A program made the translations under genes and the position numbers. Positions 39,836-49,692 of a DNA stretch of 64,000 nt are shown piece after piece. The notes beneath the pieces were generated by a model, which had not been told where the DNA came from, searched no databases, and saw only the letters and a list, made by a program, of their open reading frames with translations. The first letter of the stretch is position 1; each line of letters begins with the position of its first letter. Source of the stretch: Candidatus Rokubacteria bacterium CSP1-6 (lineage in GTDB: Bacteria; Methylomirabilota; Methylomirabilia; Rokubacteriales; CSP1-6); contig LDXP01000002.1 in the NCBI GenBank assembly GCA_001443385.1, positions 38,534 through 102,533 of the forward strand, read 5' to 3'.

Positions 39836-40873
39836 GTGGAGCTGCTGACCCTCGAGGATGTCACCAAGCGCTACGCGCCGGCTCAGCCGCCGGCCGTGGA
39901 CGGCCTCACGCTGACCGTCGCGCAGGGAGAGATCCTGGCGCTCCTCGGCCCTTCGGGGTGCGGCAAGACCACCACCTTGCGCCTGATCGCGGGGTTCGAG
40001 GCGCCTGATTCCGGGCGCGTCGTCATGCGCGGCGAGACGATGGCGGGACCTGGGAGCTGGATCCCGCCCGAGAGGCGCGGCATCGGCATCGTGTTCCAGG
40101 ACTACGCCCTGTTCCCCCACCTGACCGTGGCCGAGAATGTCGGCTTCGGTCTGCAACACCTCGGCCGGAGCGGCCGGCCACCGCGGGCCCGGCAGATCCT
40201 GGAGCTAGTGGGGCTGGAGACCTTCGCGAGCCGCTATCCCCACGAGCTGTCGGGGGGGCAGCAGCAGCGCGTCGCCCTCGCCCGGGCGCTGGCGCCCGCC
40301 CCAGCCCTCATCCTGCTCGACGAGCCCTTCTCCAACCTCGACGCGGACCTCCGCGCTCAGATGCGCGAGGAGGTGGAGCGGATCCTCCGCAATACCGGGA
40401 CGACCGGCATCTTCGTGACCCACGACCAGGAAGAGGCTTTCACCCTCGCGGATCGCGTCGGAGTGTTGAACGAAGGCCGGCTGGAGCAACTGGACGCGCC
40501 CGAAACGATCTACCACCACCCTGCCACACTGTTCGTCGCCGAGTTCGTCGGGGCCGCCGACTTCCTCCCCGGACTGGTGACTCCCTACGGTATCGTGACG
40601 GAACTCGGCGTCTTCGCCGACACGGAGGCGCGGAGGCTCGGGAAGAAGGTGAAGGTCATGCTCCGCCCGGACGACGTTACCTTCGTCCCCAGCTCGGTTG
40701 GAGACGGAACGATTGTCCGCCGCGACTTCCGGGGATCCGAAAACCTCTACTGCATCCGGCTCCCCTCGGGCCAACGCGTCCATTCCTCCCAGGCATCGGC
40801 CACCCTTTACCCCAACGGGACCCGGGTCCGCGCCGAGGCTCACGTCATCCACGTGGTGACCTTCCCAGCATAA
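39836..40873 (+). CDS. ABC transporter ATP-binding protein (FbpC/PotA-like) with C-terminal TOBE domain
   Basis: GPSGCGKTTT, LSGGQQQRVALARA, and LLDEPFSNLD. Confidence 0.88.
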   Translation: MELLTLEDVTKRYAPAQPPAVDGLTLTVAQGEILALLGPSGCGKTTTLRLIAGFEAPDSGRVVMRGETMAGPGSWIPPERRGIGIVFQDYALFPHLTVAENVGFGLQHLGRSGRPPRARQILELVGLETFASRYPHELSGGQQQRVALARALAPAPALILLDEPFSNLDADLRAQMREEVERILRNTGTTGIFVTHDQEEAFTLADRVGVLNEGRLEQLDAPETIYHHPATLFVAEFVGAADFLPGLVTPYGIVTELGVFADTEARRLGKKVKVMLRPDDVTFVPSSVGDGTIVRRDFRGSENLYCIRLPSGQRVHSSQASATLYPNGTRVRAEAHVIHVVTFPA

Positions 40874-40929
40874 GCCCGGGTCCCTTGATTCGCTCCCCAG
40901 GCGTAGATGCGGTAGCATGAAGTGTACCC

Positions 40930-42036
40930 ATGCGAGGCTTTGAGACCACGCCCCCGGATCTGCGGGCCCTCCTGCCGCAGCGCATCAGCCAGCTGGGCCT
41001 CAAGCTCGAAGGCTCGCCGGTGGAGCGCTTCGTCAAGAAGCTCTACCGGGAGGTCGAGCGGAAGGGCCTGAAGCACTTCCGCCCTCCCTGCTACCTCACC
41101 GACGAGTGGGGATGCCCCTCGGGAGAGCCGATCATCGGCATTCCCTTCTACCTCGCCGACGCCAAGCTGGCCCGCCTGGAGGACGAGATCGACGACGTCG
41201 AAGACGAGCGGGAGATCCGCATGTACCTCCGCCACGAGGCGGGACACGCCTTCAACTACGCCTTCAAGCTCTACGAGACCGCGGAGTGGCGGGAGCTCTT
41301 CGGGCCGTTCAATCGGCCGTACCGCGAGCGGTACCGCCCCGTCCCCTTCGACCGGAACTTCGTGCGCCACATCGAGGGCTGGTACGCCCAGAAGCATCCC
41401 GACGAGGACTTCGCCGAGACCTTCGCCGTCTGGCTGACCCCCCGCTCGCGCTGGCGCGCGCGGTACCGCGGCTGGCCGGCCATGCGGAAGCTCCGCTATG
41501 TGGACCGCGCGGCGCACGCTCTGCGCGACTCCGAGCCGCCGGTCCGCCTGGCCTCCACCGACATCACGGTGGAAGAGATGAACATGACCGTGGAGGAGTT
41601 CTTCCGCGCCAACCAGGGCGAGATCGCGCCCGTGGAGGTCGCGCTCGAGAACGACCTGCCCGACTTCTTCGTCCGCAAGGGGCGCCGCACCCGGGGGATC
41701 CGGCCGGCCTGGGAGATGGTCCGCGAGCACCGCATCCCCCTGATCAACAAGATCGAGTACTGGACGGGGGTGCACCGCAGCGTCGTGCGGGCGCTGGTGG
41801 ACAGCATCGCCGACGCCGCGGAACGGCTCCAGCTCTACGTCGAGACCAAGACCGAGCGCGCCGCGCTCGTCGAGCTCACGACCTACGCGACGACCCTCAG
41901 CATGAACTATCTGACCCGGGGGAGCTTCGTCCCGAGAGTCCGTCAGCGCATTCCGGAGGCGGCGAAACGGGCCGCCGCCCGAACGCCCAAGGAGACCGAT
42001 GGCCAGACTCAGGATCGCGATCGCCCACAGCCCTGA
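40930..42036 (+). CDS. putative zinc-binding metallopeptidase (HEXXH; PF15887-like)
   Basis: HEAGHAFNY motif plus downstream Glu. 368 aa. Confidence 0.7.
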   Translation: MRGFETTPPDLRALLPQRISQLGLKLEGSPVERFVKKLYREVERKGLKHFRPPCYLTDEWGCPSGEPIIGIPFYLADAKLARLEDEIDDVEDEREIRMYLRHEAGHAFNYAFKLYETAEWRELFGPFNRPYRERYRPVPFDRNFVRHIEGWYAQKHPDEDFAETFAVWLTPRSRWRARYRGWPAMRKLRYVDRAAHALRDSEPPVRLASTDITVEEMNMTVEEFFRANQGEIAPVEVALENDLPDFFVRKGRRTRGIRPAWEMVREHRIPLINKIEYWTGVHRSVVRALVDSIADAAERLQLYVETKTERAALVELTTYATTLSMNYLTRGSFVPRVRQRIPEAAKRAAARTPKETDGQTQDRDRPQP

Positions 42037-43003
42037 CGGCGACCCCCGGGTCCAGCGACGCCGCGCGGGCCTGCGGAAGACCGACGCCCAGGAGGTCGCC
42101 GAGGTGCTGCGGCGGGCCGGCCACAAGACGTTCTTCGTCGTCGTGGACGGGGCGCCGAAGTGCCTGAAGCGGCTGGCCAGCGTGGACGCCGACCTCGTCT
42201 TCAACCTGGTCGAGGGCTTCGGCGACGACAACACAAAGGAGCCCCACGTGGCCGCCTATTACGACCTCCTCGGCCTGCGGTATACGGGCTCGGGGATGCG
42301 CGGCCTCTCGCTGGCTATGGACAAGGCGCTGGCCAAGAAGGTCCTCACCTTTCACCGCGTCCGGACACCGAAGTTCGCGACGGTCTTCCGCGGCCGCCTG
42401 GACTGGGCGCACGATATCGAGTTCCCGGTGATCGTCAAGCCCGTCCGCGAGGACGGCTCCATCGGCATCGGCTTCAGCGCGCTGGCCGGCAGCATCAAGG
42501 AGCTGATGGAGCGCATCGACGAGCTCCACGCGGACTTCAACCACCCCGTGCTGATCGAGCAGTACATCGACGGACGCGAGATCTACGTCGGGGTGATCGG
42601 CAACGCCCGGGCAGAGGCGTTCCCCCCGGTGGAGCTCGACCTCTCCCACCTGCCCAAGGGCAAGCCCCGGATCGCCAGCGTGGAGGTGAAGTGGGAGGAG
42701 GGCACGCGCGCCTACCGTAGCGCCAAGCTGCGGACCCCCGATGACCTGCCGCGCGAGGTCCTGGAGGCGATCCAGCACGCCGCGCTCACGAGCTTTCAGG
42801 CGCTCCAGCTCCGCGACTACGCCCGCTTCGACTTCCGGATCACCCCGGACCATAAGGTCTTCCTGATCGAGGCCAACCCGAACCCCTACCTCTACTCGGG
42901 GGCCGAGTTCATCCGGGGCGCCCGCGCGTCAGGCCGAACCCACCCCGAGACGATCCTCGAGATCCTGGAACTCGCCCAGGAGCGCTACCGCTCGCGCGGC
43001 TAG
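41999..43003 (+). CDS. D-alanine--D-alanine ligase family ATP-grasp protein
   Basis: ATP-grasp blocks (VIVKPVREDGSIG, LIEQYIDGREIYVGV, FLIEANPNP). Overlaps the upstream peptidase by 38 nt. Confidence 0.8.
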   Translation: MARLRIAIAHSPDGDPRVQRRRAGLRKTDAQEVAEVLRRAGHKTFFVVVDGAPKCLKRLASVDADLVFNLVEGFGDDNTKEPHVAAYYDLLGLRYTGSGMRGLSLAMDKALAKKVLTFHRVRTPKFATVFRGRLDWAHDIEFPVIVKPVREDGSIGIGFSALAGSIKELMERIDELHADFNHPVLIEQYIDGREIYVGVIGNARAEAFPPVELDLSHLPKGKPRIASVEVKWEEGTRAYRSAKLRTPDDLPREVLEAIQHAALTSFQALQLRDYARFDFRITPDHKVFLIEANPNPYLYSGAEFIRGARASGRTHPETILEILELAQERYRSRG

Positions 43004-43005
43004 CA

Positions 43006-43046
43006 CTCGGAGGGGGGCTCCGCCCCCCTTCCGATTCCTCCCCCCG
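43006..43046 (-). repeat. GC-rich hairpin repeat, copy 4 (reverse orientation)
   Basis: The reverse complement is CGGGGGGAGGAATCGGAAGGGGGGCGGAGCCCCCCTCCGAG. It lies between convergent genes. Confidence 0.85.
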
Positions 43047-43091
43047 AAAACCAGATTGCGCCGGCGAAGCCGGCGCTCGGGCACACGCGAC

Positions 43092-43988
43092 CTACTGCTT
43101 TAGCCGAGGATCCAGTGCGTCTCGCAGTCCGTCCCCGAGCAGGTTGAAGCCGAGGACGGCGAGCATGATCGCCGCGCCCGGGAAGAAGAACACCCACCAC
43201 GCGCCGCTCGTGAAGTACTTGTACGAGTCCGCCAGCATGGCCCCCCACTCGGGGGTCGGGGGCTGGGCGCCGAGGCCCAGGAACCCGAGCGCCGCGGCCT
43301 CCAGGATGGCGAAGGCGATGGCGAGCGTGGTCTGGACGATCAGGGGCGGCAGGCAGTTGGGAAAGATGTGCCGCCCGAGGAGCCGCCAGTCGCTCACCCC
43401 GAGCCCGCGGGCCGCCGTCACGAACTCCCGTTCCCGGAGCGCCAGGACTGCCCCGCGGCTGATCCGCGCGTAGACGGGGATCGAGACCAGGCTGATCGCG
43501 AAGAGCGAGTTCCGGAGGCCGGGCCCGATCATCGCGACGATGGCGATGGCCAGGAGGGTGGCGGGGAAGGCGAGCAGGATGTCCATGCAGAACATGACGA
43601 CGAGGTCCACGCGCCGCCCCACGTAGCCCGCCAGGAGGCCGAGCACCGATCCCACGACCGCCGCCAGCGCCACCGAGCTGACCCCGAGGCCCAGCGAGAC
43701 CCGTGCGCCGTGGAGCACGCGGACGAGGATGTCCCGTCCGAGCGTGTCCGTCCCAAAGGGGTGATCACCGGTGGGGGGCTTGAGCCGGAGCGCGAGGTTC
43801 GAGTCGGTCTTGGCGTCGTAGCGGTGGACGGCCGGCGTGAGCACCGCGATCAGCACGAAGGCCGCGACGATCCCCAGCCCCACGCGCGCCACGGGGCTCG
43901 CCAGGAGCCGGCGCCACGCGGCCCGGGCCGGGCTCAGCCCTGCGCTAGTCGTACTTGATGCGAGGGTCGATGGCGGCATAGAGCACAT
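43092..43988 (-). CDS. peptide/nickel ABC transporter permease (DppC/OppC-like)
   Basis: Multi-TM with an EAA loop. Start uncertain; the listed start overlaps dppB by 44 nt. Confidence 0.8.
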   Translation of the reverse strand: MCSMPPSTLASSTTSAGLSPARAAWRRLLASPVARVGLGIVAAFVLIAVLTPAVHRYDAKTDSNLALRLKPPTGDHPFGTDTLGRDILVRVLHGARVSLGLGVSSVALAAVVGSVLGLLAGYVGRRVDLVVMFCMDILLAFPATLLAIAIVAMIGPGLRNSLFAISLVSIPVYARISRGAVLALREREFVTAARGLGVSDWRLLGRHIFPNCLPPLIVQTTLAIAFAILEAAALGFLGLGAQPPTPEWGAMLADSYKYFTSGAWWVFFFPGAAIMLAVLGFNLLGDGLRDALDPRLKQ

Positions 43989-44949
43989 CGGTGACCAGAT
44001 TGACGACGACGAAAATCACCGCGATAAAGAGGCTCGCCCCCTGGACGATCGCGTAGTCACGGGACTCGATGGACTCGTACACCCAGAGGCCGATCCCCGG
44101 CCAGGAGAAGATCGTCTCGGTCAGGATCGCCCCCGCCAGGAGGTGCCCGACCTGGAGCCCCACCACGGTCAGCACCGGGAGCAGAGCGTTCCGCAGGGCG
44201 TGGCGCAGGATGACCGCCGCCTGCGGCAGCCCCTTGGCCTCGGCGGTCCGGATGTACTCCTGGGAGAGCACCTCGAGCATACTCGCCCGCGTCATCCGCG
44301 CGATCACGGCCAGCGGGATGGTCGCCAGCGCGACCGCCGGCAGGATCAGGTGGCGAAGCGCGTCCCGCAACACGGCCCAGTTCCCCTGGAGCGCGGCATC
44401 CAGGATCACGAAGTTCGTCCACGGCTCGAACGCGGTGCCGGTGTCCAGGCGGAAGCCGGTCGGCAGCCAGCGCAGCTGGACGCCGAAGAACCAGGCGAGC
44501 ATCAGCCCCAGCCAGAAGATGGGCATGGATACCCCGGCGAGGGCCCACACCCTGGAGAAGCTGTCTACCAGGGAGTTCCGCCAGACGGCCGAGACGATCC
44601 CGATGGGGATGCCGAAGAGGAGCGCGAGAAAGATCGCCGCCGTCGCCAGCTCCACGGTGGCGGGGAAGCGCCGGAGGAGGTCGGTCAGCACCGGGTCGCC
44701 GCGCACGATGGAGATCCCCAGGTCGCCCCGGACGATCTTCCCCAGATAGATCAGGTACTGCTCGGGGATCGGGCGATCGAGGCCGAGGTGGCGCCGGACC
44801 TCTTCCACCTTCTCGGGCGTCGCCCGCTCGCCGAGCATGGTGAGGGCGGGGTCGCCGGGGATCAGGTGGATGAAGCTGAAGACGAGGACGGACACCCCGA
44901 GGAGGACGGGGATGATGGTCAGGCTGCGCCGGACGGCGTACCGTCCCAC
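43945..44949 (-). CDS. peptide/nickel ABC transporter permease (DppB/OppB-like)
   Basis: MGRYAVRRSLTIIPVLLGVSVLVF N-terminus. Confidence 0.88.
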   Translation of the reverse strand: MGRYAVRRSLTIIPVLLGVSVLVFSFIHLIPGDPALTMLGERATPEKVEEVRRHLGLDRPIPEQYLIYLGKIVRGDLGISIVRGDPVLTDLLRRFPATVELATAAIFLALLFGIPIGIVSAVWRNSLVDSFSRVWALAGVSMPIFWLGLMLAWFFGVQLRWLPTGFRLDTGTAFEPWTNFVILDAALQGNWAVLRDALRHLILPAVALATIPLAVIARMTRASMLEVLSQEYIRTAEAKGLPQAAVILRHALRNALLPVLTVVGLQVGHLLAGAILTETIFSWPGIGLWVYESIESRDYAIVQGASLFIAVIFVVVNLVTDVLYAAIDPRIKYD

Positions 44950-44976
44950 CCCCGATGCTCCCCGGGGTTCCCGGCT

Positions 44977-46578
44977 CTACTGGACCTCGACGGTGTTGAA
45001 GTGCTCGGAGCCTGTGGGGTTCGTCACGTACCCCTTCACCTTCTTCGAGAAGGCGAGCGGCGGCTGGTTGTTGGCGATGAAGAGCCGCCCGACGTCCTCC
45101 TGGAGCATCTGCTCAGCCTGGCGGTAGAGCCGGGCCCGCTCGGCCTGCCGCGTCAGGCTCTGGGCGCGGAGCAGCAGATCGGCCAGGGGCTTGTTGGAGT
45201 AAAAGCCCTCGCGCGGCGCCCCCGGCGAGCAGAAGAAGTAGCAGATGAAGTTGTCGGGGTCGCCGTTGTCTCCCGTCCAGCCGAGCATGTACACGGGGAG
45301 CTGGCCGTTCTTGCGCTTGTCCAGGTACACGGCCCACTCGGCCGTCTGGAGCTGGACCTTGATCCCGGCCTTCGCCAGGTCGGCCGCCATCGCCTCGCCG
45401 ATCTCCTTCGGGTTGGGGAAGTACGGCCGCGAGCGCGACATGTACCAGAAGACCAGCGGCTCCCTCTTGCCGTCCTCCCAGGTGATCTCGGAGAGCCCCT
45501 GGGCGAAGCCCGCCTGCTTCAGGAGCGCCTGGGCCTTCGCCGGGCTCCACTCGAAGTCCTTCAGCTCCTTGTTGTAGCCCCAAAGGGACGGCGGCTGGAA
45601 CTGGCTCGCCACGAGCCCGGTCCCGCCGTAGAGCGCGTCCACGATCGCCCGCTTGTTGATGGCGTGGGCGAAGGCCAGGCGGACGCGCTTGTCCTGGAAC
45701 TCCTTCACCTTGTAGTTGAACGCGATGTAGCCGGTCGTGTTGGTCGGCCGGAGGAGGATCTGGAGGTTCGGGTCGCTCCGGACGACCTTGACGTCGTCGG
45801 GATTGAGCCCCTCCATGCCGTGGATTTCGCCCGCCTTGAGCGCGACCAGGCGCTGGGAGTTATCCTTGATGTTCCGCAGGACGACCCGCTTCACCTTCGG
45901 CTTGACCCCCCAGTAGTCGGGGTTGGCCTCGAGGATGACCTCCTGGTTTGGCTTCCACTCGACAAACTTGAACGCGCCGGTGCCGACCGGGTGCTTGCCG
46001 AACTCGGTGCCCCACTTCTCCACCGCCTTGGGGCTGGCGATGTCGAAGACGAACATCGCCAGGTTCGCCAGGAAGGGCGCCTGCGGGGCCTTGAGCGTGA
46101 TCCGGACGGTGTGCGAGCCCACCGCCTCGACCTTCTCGACGATGGACTTGTCGTCGAAGCCGCCGAACTGGGCCTCCCAGTACTCGAAGGTCTGGCCGGC
46201 CTTGACCTGGTTCTCGTGCTGGGAGTGGGCGGACTTCCACCACCGCTCGAAGTTCCACAGGACGGAGGTCGCGTCCAGCGGGTTGCCGTCGTGGAACTTC
46301 ACGTTCTTCCGGAGGTGGAACGTCCAGACCTTGCCGTCGGCCGACACCTCCCACTTCTCGGCCAGCGCGGGCTCGACCTCGGTCGTCGCGCCCTTGTACT
46401 TCACGAGGCTGTCGTAGATCTGCCGGGTGATCCGCGAGGAGATCCCGTCGGTGATGACGGCGGGATCGAGCTGGACCGGCTCTCCCTGCGCGCCGAAGAC
46501 GAAGGTCTGGGCGGGCGCGGAGTCGGCCAGGCCGAGCAGCAGAAGGGAGACGAGGAGGGCGAACGTTCGATGACGCAT
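44977..46578 (-). CDS. ABC transporter substrate-binding protein, family 5 (DppA/OppA-like)
   Basis: The internal ATG at 46578 gives a signal peptide MRHRTFALLVSLLLLGLADSAPAQ. A GAGGGA RBS is present. Confidence 0.85.
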   Translation of the reverse strand: MRHRTFALLVSLLLLGLADSAPAQTFVFGAQGEPVQLDPAVITDGISSRITRQIYDSLVKYKGATTEVEPALAEKWEVSADGKVWTFHLRKNVKFHDGNPLDATSVLWNFERWWKSAHSQHENQVKAGQTFEYWEAQFGGFDDKSIVEKVEAVGSHTVRITLKAPQAPFLANLAMFVFDIASPKAVEKWGTEFGKHPVGTGAFKFVEWKPNQEVILEANPDYWGVKPKVKRVVLRNIKDNSQRLVALKAGEIHGMEGLNPDDVKVVRSDPNLQILLRPTNTTGYIAFNYKVKEFQDKRVRLAFAHAINKRAIVDALYGGTGLVASQFQPPSLWGYNKELKDFEWSPAKAQALLKQAGFAQGLSEITWEDGKREPLVFWYMSRSRPYFPNPKEIGEAMAADLAKAGIKVQLQTAEWAVYLDKRKNGQLPVYMLGWTGDNGDPDNFICYFFCSPGAPREGFYSNKPLADLLLRAQSLTRQAERARLYRQAEQMLQEDVGRLFIANNQPPLAFSKKVKGYVTNPTGSEHFNTVEVQ

Positions 46579-46675
46579 AAAGGGGATCCCTCCGTGGGGA
46601 TTGGGGTGAGTCAGAGTGGTCGGTAGCGTACTACGGCCGAGGAAAAAACGCAATCAGGAGCGGACGCGACGACCG

Positions 46676-47386
46676 CTAGGCCGTGGCCCCGCTCACGAAC
46701 CGCCAGTCGAAGGCCTGCACCTGGAGGACGTCCAGCGTCGCTTCGAGGCGATCGAGGGAGACCGGCTTCCGCAGGACGTCGAGGGCGCCGAGCCGGAGGC
46801 ACTGCCCGGCCTCTTCCTCCGTGGCCATTCCGGACACCACCACGGAGGGCAGCGCCGGCCGGCGGTCCTTGAGGAGCCGGAGGAGCTCCACGCCGCTCAT
46901 CCCGGGCAGGTAGAGATCGACAATCATCGCGTCGGGATGGAAGCGGTCGAGCATTTCGAGCCCGGCCTCGGCGCTCCCGGCGACGAGCGCCTCGTGGCCC
47001 TGCGAGCGGAGGAAGTCGGAGAAGACCTCCGCCACCGGTTTCTCATCTTCGACGACCAGCACCTTGAGCGGCTGCCGGGGCATCAGGGAATTCACGACCC
47101 TCCGAATGCGCTCGAAGGAGGTTTGATCCAGATCGATGAAGGAAAACGCCAGGCCGTTGGGATCCTTGCGGACCGTCAGCGAAGACGCGGCGATCCCGGG
47201 CTCCCCGTCCGGGAGCTTGAAGTTGAGGCGCACCCGGCGGCCCGGCTGAAGGTTGGCGTCGGTCTTCACCTTCAAGCCCCCCGGGCTCAGGTTGACGGAT
47301 TCCCCGTGCCACGTCCTGCCGGCGGCATCCTCCAGCCTGACCGGAAAACTGATCTCAACCCTCGGATATTTGCGTCGACCCAGCAT
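46676..47386 (-). CDS. PilZ domain - response regulator receiver fusion protein
   Basis: The start at 47386 has a GAGGTG RBS 6 nt upstream. PilZ motifs RRKYPR and NLSPGG are present. REC domain VLVVEDE..MIVDLYLPGMSG..LRKP. Confidence 0.75.
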   Translation of the reverse strand: MLGRRKYPRVEISFPVRLEDAAGRTWHGESVNLSPGGLKVKTDANLQPGRRVRLNFKLPDGEPGIAASSLTVRKDPNGLAFSFIDLDQTSFERIRRVVNSLMPRQPLKVLVVEDEKPVAEVFSDFLRSQGHEALVAGSAEAGLEMLDRFHPDAMIVDLYLPGMSGVELLRLLKDRRPALPSVVVSGMATEEEAGQCLRLGALDVLRKPVSLDRLEATLDVLQVQAFDWRFVSGATA

Positions 47387-47621
47387 TGTTTTCACCTCAA
47401 GACGGCGAATTTTCTCTCCAACCCGCCGCTTGAAGGAGCAATCGCCGTACCAAGGGGGAGCGTCCCCTGGGGGAGGCGGAAACCACCTGAAATTCCGTCC
47501 CATTTTCGGCCAGTCCGCGTCGGTCAAAGGGCACGGGGATGTCTGACGTGGCGTCATTTCGTCATGCGCGTGTCAGGCTGTCCCTTGCCTTGGCCGCTCC
47601 GTCCACGCTAACCTGGTTTCA

Positions 47622-47996
47622 ATGCTGACCGTGCCGCTGCTGCTCGCCCTGCTCTTGCTTTCCTCGGAAACGGCCGGCCCGGCCCCGGCGTTCCCGTGGC
47701 AATCGTTCCGGACCATTGCCCGGGAGCCCATAGTCGGCGAGGTCGATCTCTGCACCCCCGGGAACCCCCGGAGCCGGGTCACCGCCTTCTTCATCCACCG
47801 GCCGACGGGCTTTTACCGCTTGTGGGCCATGACCCATGGGCGGGAATGGATGGCGGTCCGCTATGATGGAGACGCTCGCCCGGAGTGGGTTTGGCGCGGC
47901 ACCTGGACCGGAGACGTCCTCACGGTCACGTCGGTCTCGCCGTATGACCGTTACGCGCACGCCTCGGCCTGCGAGGTGCTCTTCGGAACGATCTAG
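47622..47996 (+). CDS. hypothetical secreted protein
   Basis: Has a signal peptide and non-repetitive composition. No recognised family. Confidence 0.45.
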   Translation: MLTVPLLLALLLLSSETAGPAPAFPWQSFRTIAREPIVGEVDLCTPGNPRSRVTAFFIHRPTGFYRLWAMTHGREWMAVRYDGDARPEWVWRGTWTGDVLTVTSVSPYDRYAHASACEVLFGTI

Positions 47997-48097
47997 GGAA
48001 GCAGGTATGCCTCTATGGACGAGATCCCCGGCTGAAATGTTTACGTAAACGCCGCCCGGAGCGATCCCGTCCATCCGCAGTAAAGGAGGACGCAACG

Positions 48098-48412
48098 ATG
48101 AGCGTGAATGGGCTGGTTCACCTGCTGCGGAGGAAGAACGTGACCTACGAGCTGACCTACGCCCCCCTGGGCGCCCTGGTCGGTTCCTGCCCCCCCCGGA
48201 TCTTCAACGACGACAAAGAGCTGGAAACCTTCCTGGCCGGGGCGCTGAGGATCGAGCCGCGGGAGATCGCCACCGCGCTGAGCGCCCTGGCCCGGAACGG
48301 GAGCTACTCCGTGTACGAGGTCAGACTGTCGGAAGCCCAAATCCAGGAGCACGGTCTTGGGACGGCCTGGTCGCTCTCGTGCTCCCGCGCGGCCGTGGTG
48401 GGCGCGTTCTAA
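48098..48412 (+). CDS. hypothetical protein
   Basis: A 104-aa ORF with balanced composition. No recognised motif. Confidence 0.4.
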   Translation: MSVNGLVHLLRRKNVTYELTYAPLGALVGSCPPRIFNDDKELETFLAGALRIEPREIATALSALARNGSYSVYEVRLSEAQIQEHGLGTAWSLSCSRAAVVGAF

Positions 48413-48415
48413 GGC

Positions 48416-49090
48416 TCAGCACCCGCCCGTGGCTTCGGGCTCGTAATCCTTCAGCTTGTAGGTTGTCGCGAAGTTGTCCTCCCAGATCTCCAGCGAGGGC
48501 CGGCCCAGGCGGTCCTGGCCGTCGAAGGCGACGATGGTCGCCCGCCTCACGAACTCCTGGGTGCCGATCCGCTTGGCCAGGAAGGCCCGCACGGTCGCTT
48601 TGTCGGCGAACACGCCGAGCGTCTCCGCCTTCTGCCCCTCTTCGGACCGCGCGTTCGGCTTGAGCCAGGTGAGGATCACCGAGTAGCCGGTCAACGCCGG
48701 GCTGGAAAAGATCTCGGCATCGGCCGCCAGCTGCCGGAGGAGATCCACGCCGTGGCGGGAGAACATGGCCGAGGCGCGCCGAGTCTGGGGGAGCGCCGCG
48801 AACTCCGGCGTGATCTTCTGGTCCACCCAGACCCAGATGTTCAGGTACCGGTCGTCGCCCGGAGCGCCGGCGGGGCGGGTGAAGCCCAGCCCGCTCTTGT
48901 GCACGTCGAGCCACGGCCGGCAGTGATAGACCCGGTCGTAAATCTGACGGAGCTTCGCCTCGAACATCGTCCCCAGGGTCTTCCCCTTCTCGGTGGTGTA
49001 CCTGTCGAGGGGCGCGATGGCCTCCTCAGGGGGAGCGGCGGCCGCCCCGCTCACGAGGGCCAGGACGATCAAGAGCGCGAGGCGCTTCAC
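48416..49090 (-). CDS. hypothetical periplasmic protein
   Basis: The GTG at 49090 lies directly after the pal stop and gives a signal peptide VKRLALLIVLALVSGAAAAP. Confidence 0.55.
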   Translation of the reverse strand: MKRLALLIVLALVSGAAAAPPEEAIAPLDRYTTEKGKTLGTMFEAKLRQIYDRVYHCRPWLDVHKSGLGFTRPAGAPGDDRYLNIWVWVDQKITPEFAALPQTRRASAMFSRHGVDLLRQLAADAEIFSSPALTGYSVILTWLKPNARSEEGQKAETLGVFADKATVRAFLAKRIGTQEFVRRATIVAFDGQDRLGRPSLEIWEDNFATTYKLKDYEPEATGGC

Positions 49091-49692
49091 TGGCCTTTCA
49101 CCAGGAAGCGGGCGCGCCGGTTCTGGGCCCAGCACCCCTCGTTGGGCTCCGAGCAAAGCGGGCGCTCCTTGCCATAGCTGACCAGCGTGAACCGATCCGC
49201 CGCCAGACCCCGGGCGAGGAGGTAATTCAGCGTGGCCTTGGACCGGCGGTCCCCGAGGGCCAGATTGTACTCGTTGGTGCCGCGCTCGTCCGCGTGGCCC
49301 TCCACCAGGATCAGATACTCCGGGTTGGCCTTCATCCAGGCCGTGTTCGCGTCCAGGATCTCGGCGTCCGCCGGCCGGATCTCGTACTTGTCAAAGTCGA
49401 AGTGAACGTCCTTGAGGGCGTCGATGGCGGTGAATTCCTGCGGGGGGGGCGGCAATACCGGCATGGGCGGTGGAGGCGGCGCCGGCGCTGTTTCGGCGAC
49501 AGGCGTGACCGGCGCCTCGACGGGAGCCGCCAGCGGGGGCGGCGGTGTCCACAGCGCGACGGCAGGAGCCGGCGCCCCCGGCGCCGGAGTGGCAGCCGCC
49601 AGCGTGACCGTCGGCGCGTGCTTCGCGCAGCCGATCAGGAAGAGTACCAGTACCGACCCCAAGAAAACGAGATTCCACCGTCGCTGCACCAT
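49087..49692 (-). CDS. pal: peptidoglycan-associated lipoprotein / OmpA-family protein
   Basis: Lipobox LFLIGCAK. OmpA-C motifs EGHADERGTNEYNLALGDRRS. Confidence 0.88.
   Translation of the reverse strand: MVQRRWNLVFLGSVLVLFLIGCAKHAPTVTLAAATPAPGAPAPAVALWTPPPPLAAPVEAPVTPVAETAPAPPPPPMPVLPPPPQEFTAIDALKDVHFDFDKYEIRPADAEILDANTAWMKANPEYLILVEGHADERGTNEYNLALGDRRSKATLNYLLARGLAADRFTLVSYGKERPLCSEPNEGCWAQNRRARFLVKGQ

Noticed and set aside
43837-46626. 929-aa + strand ORF across dppA/B/C
   Set aside because: Antisense to three genes with clear ABC permease and binding-protein features. Asp/Arg/Glu/Gly-rich low complexity.
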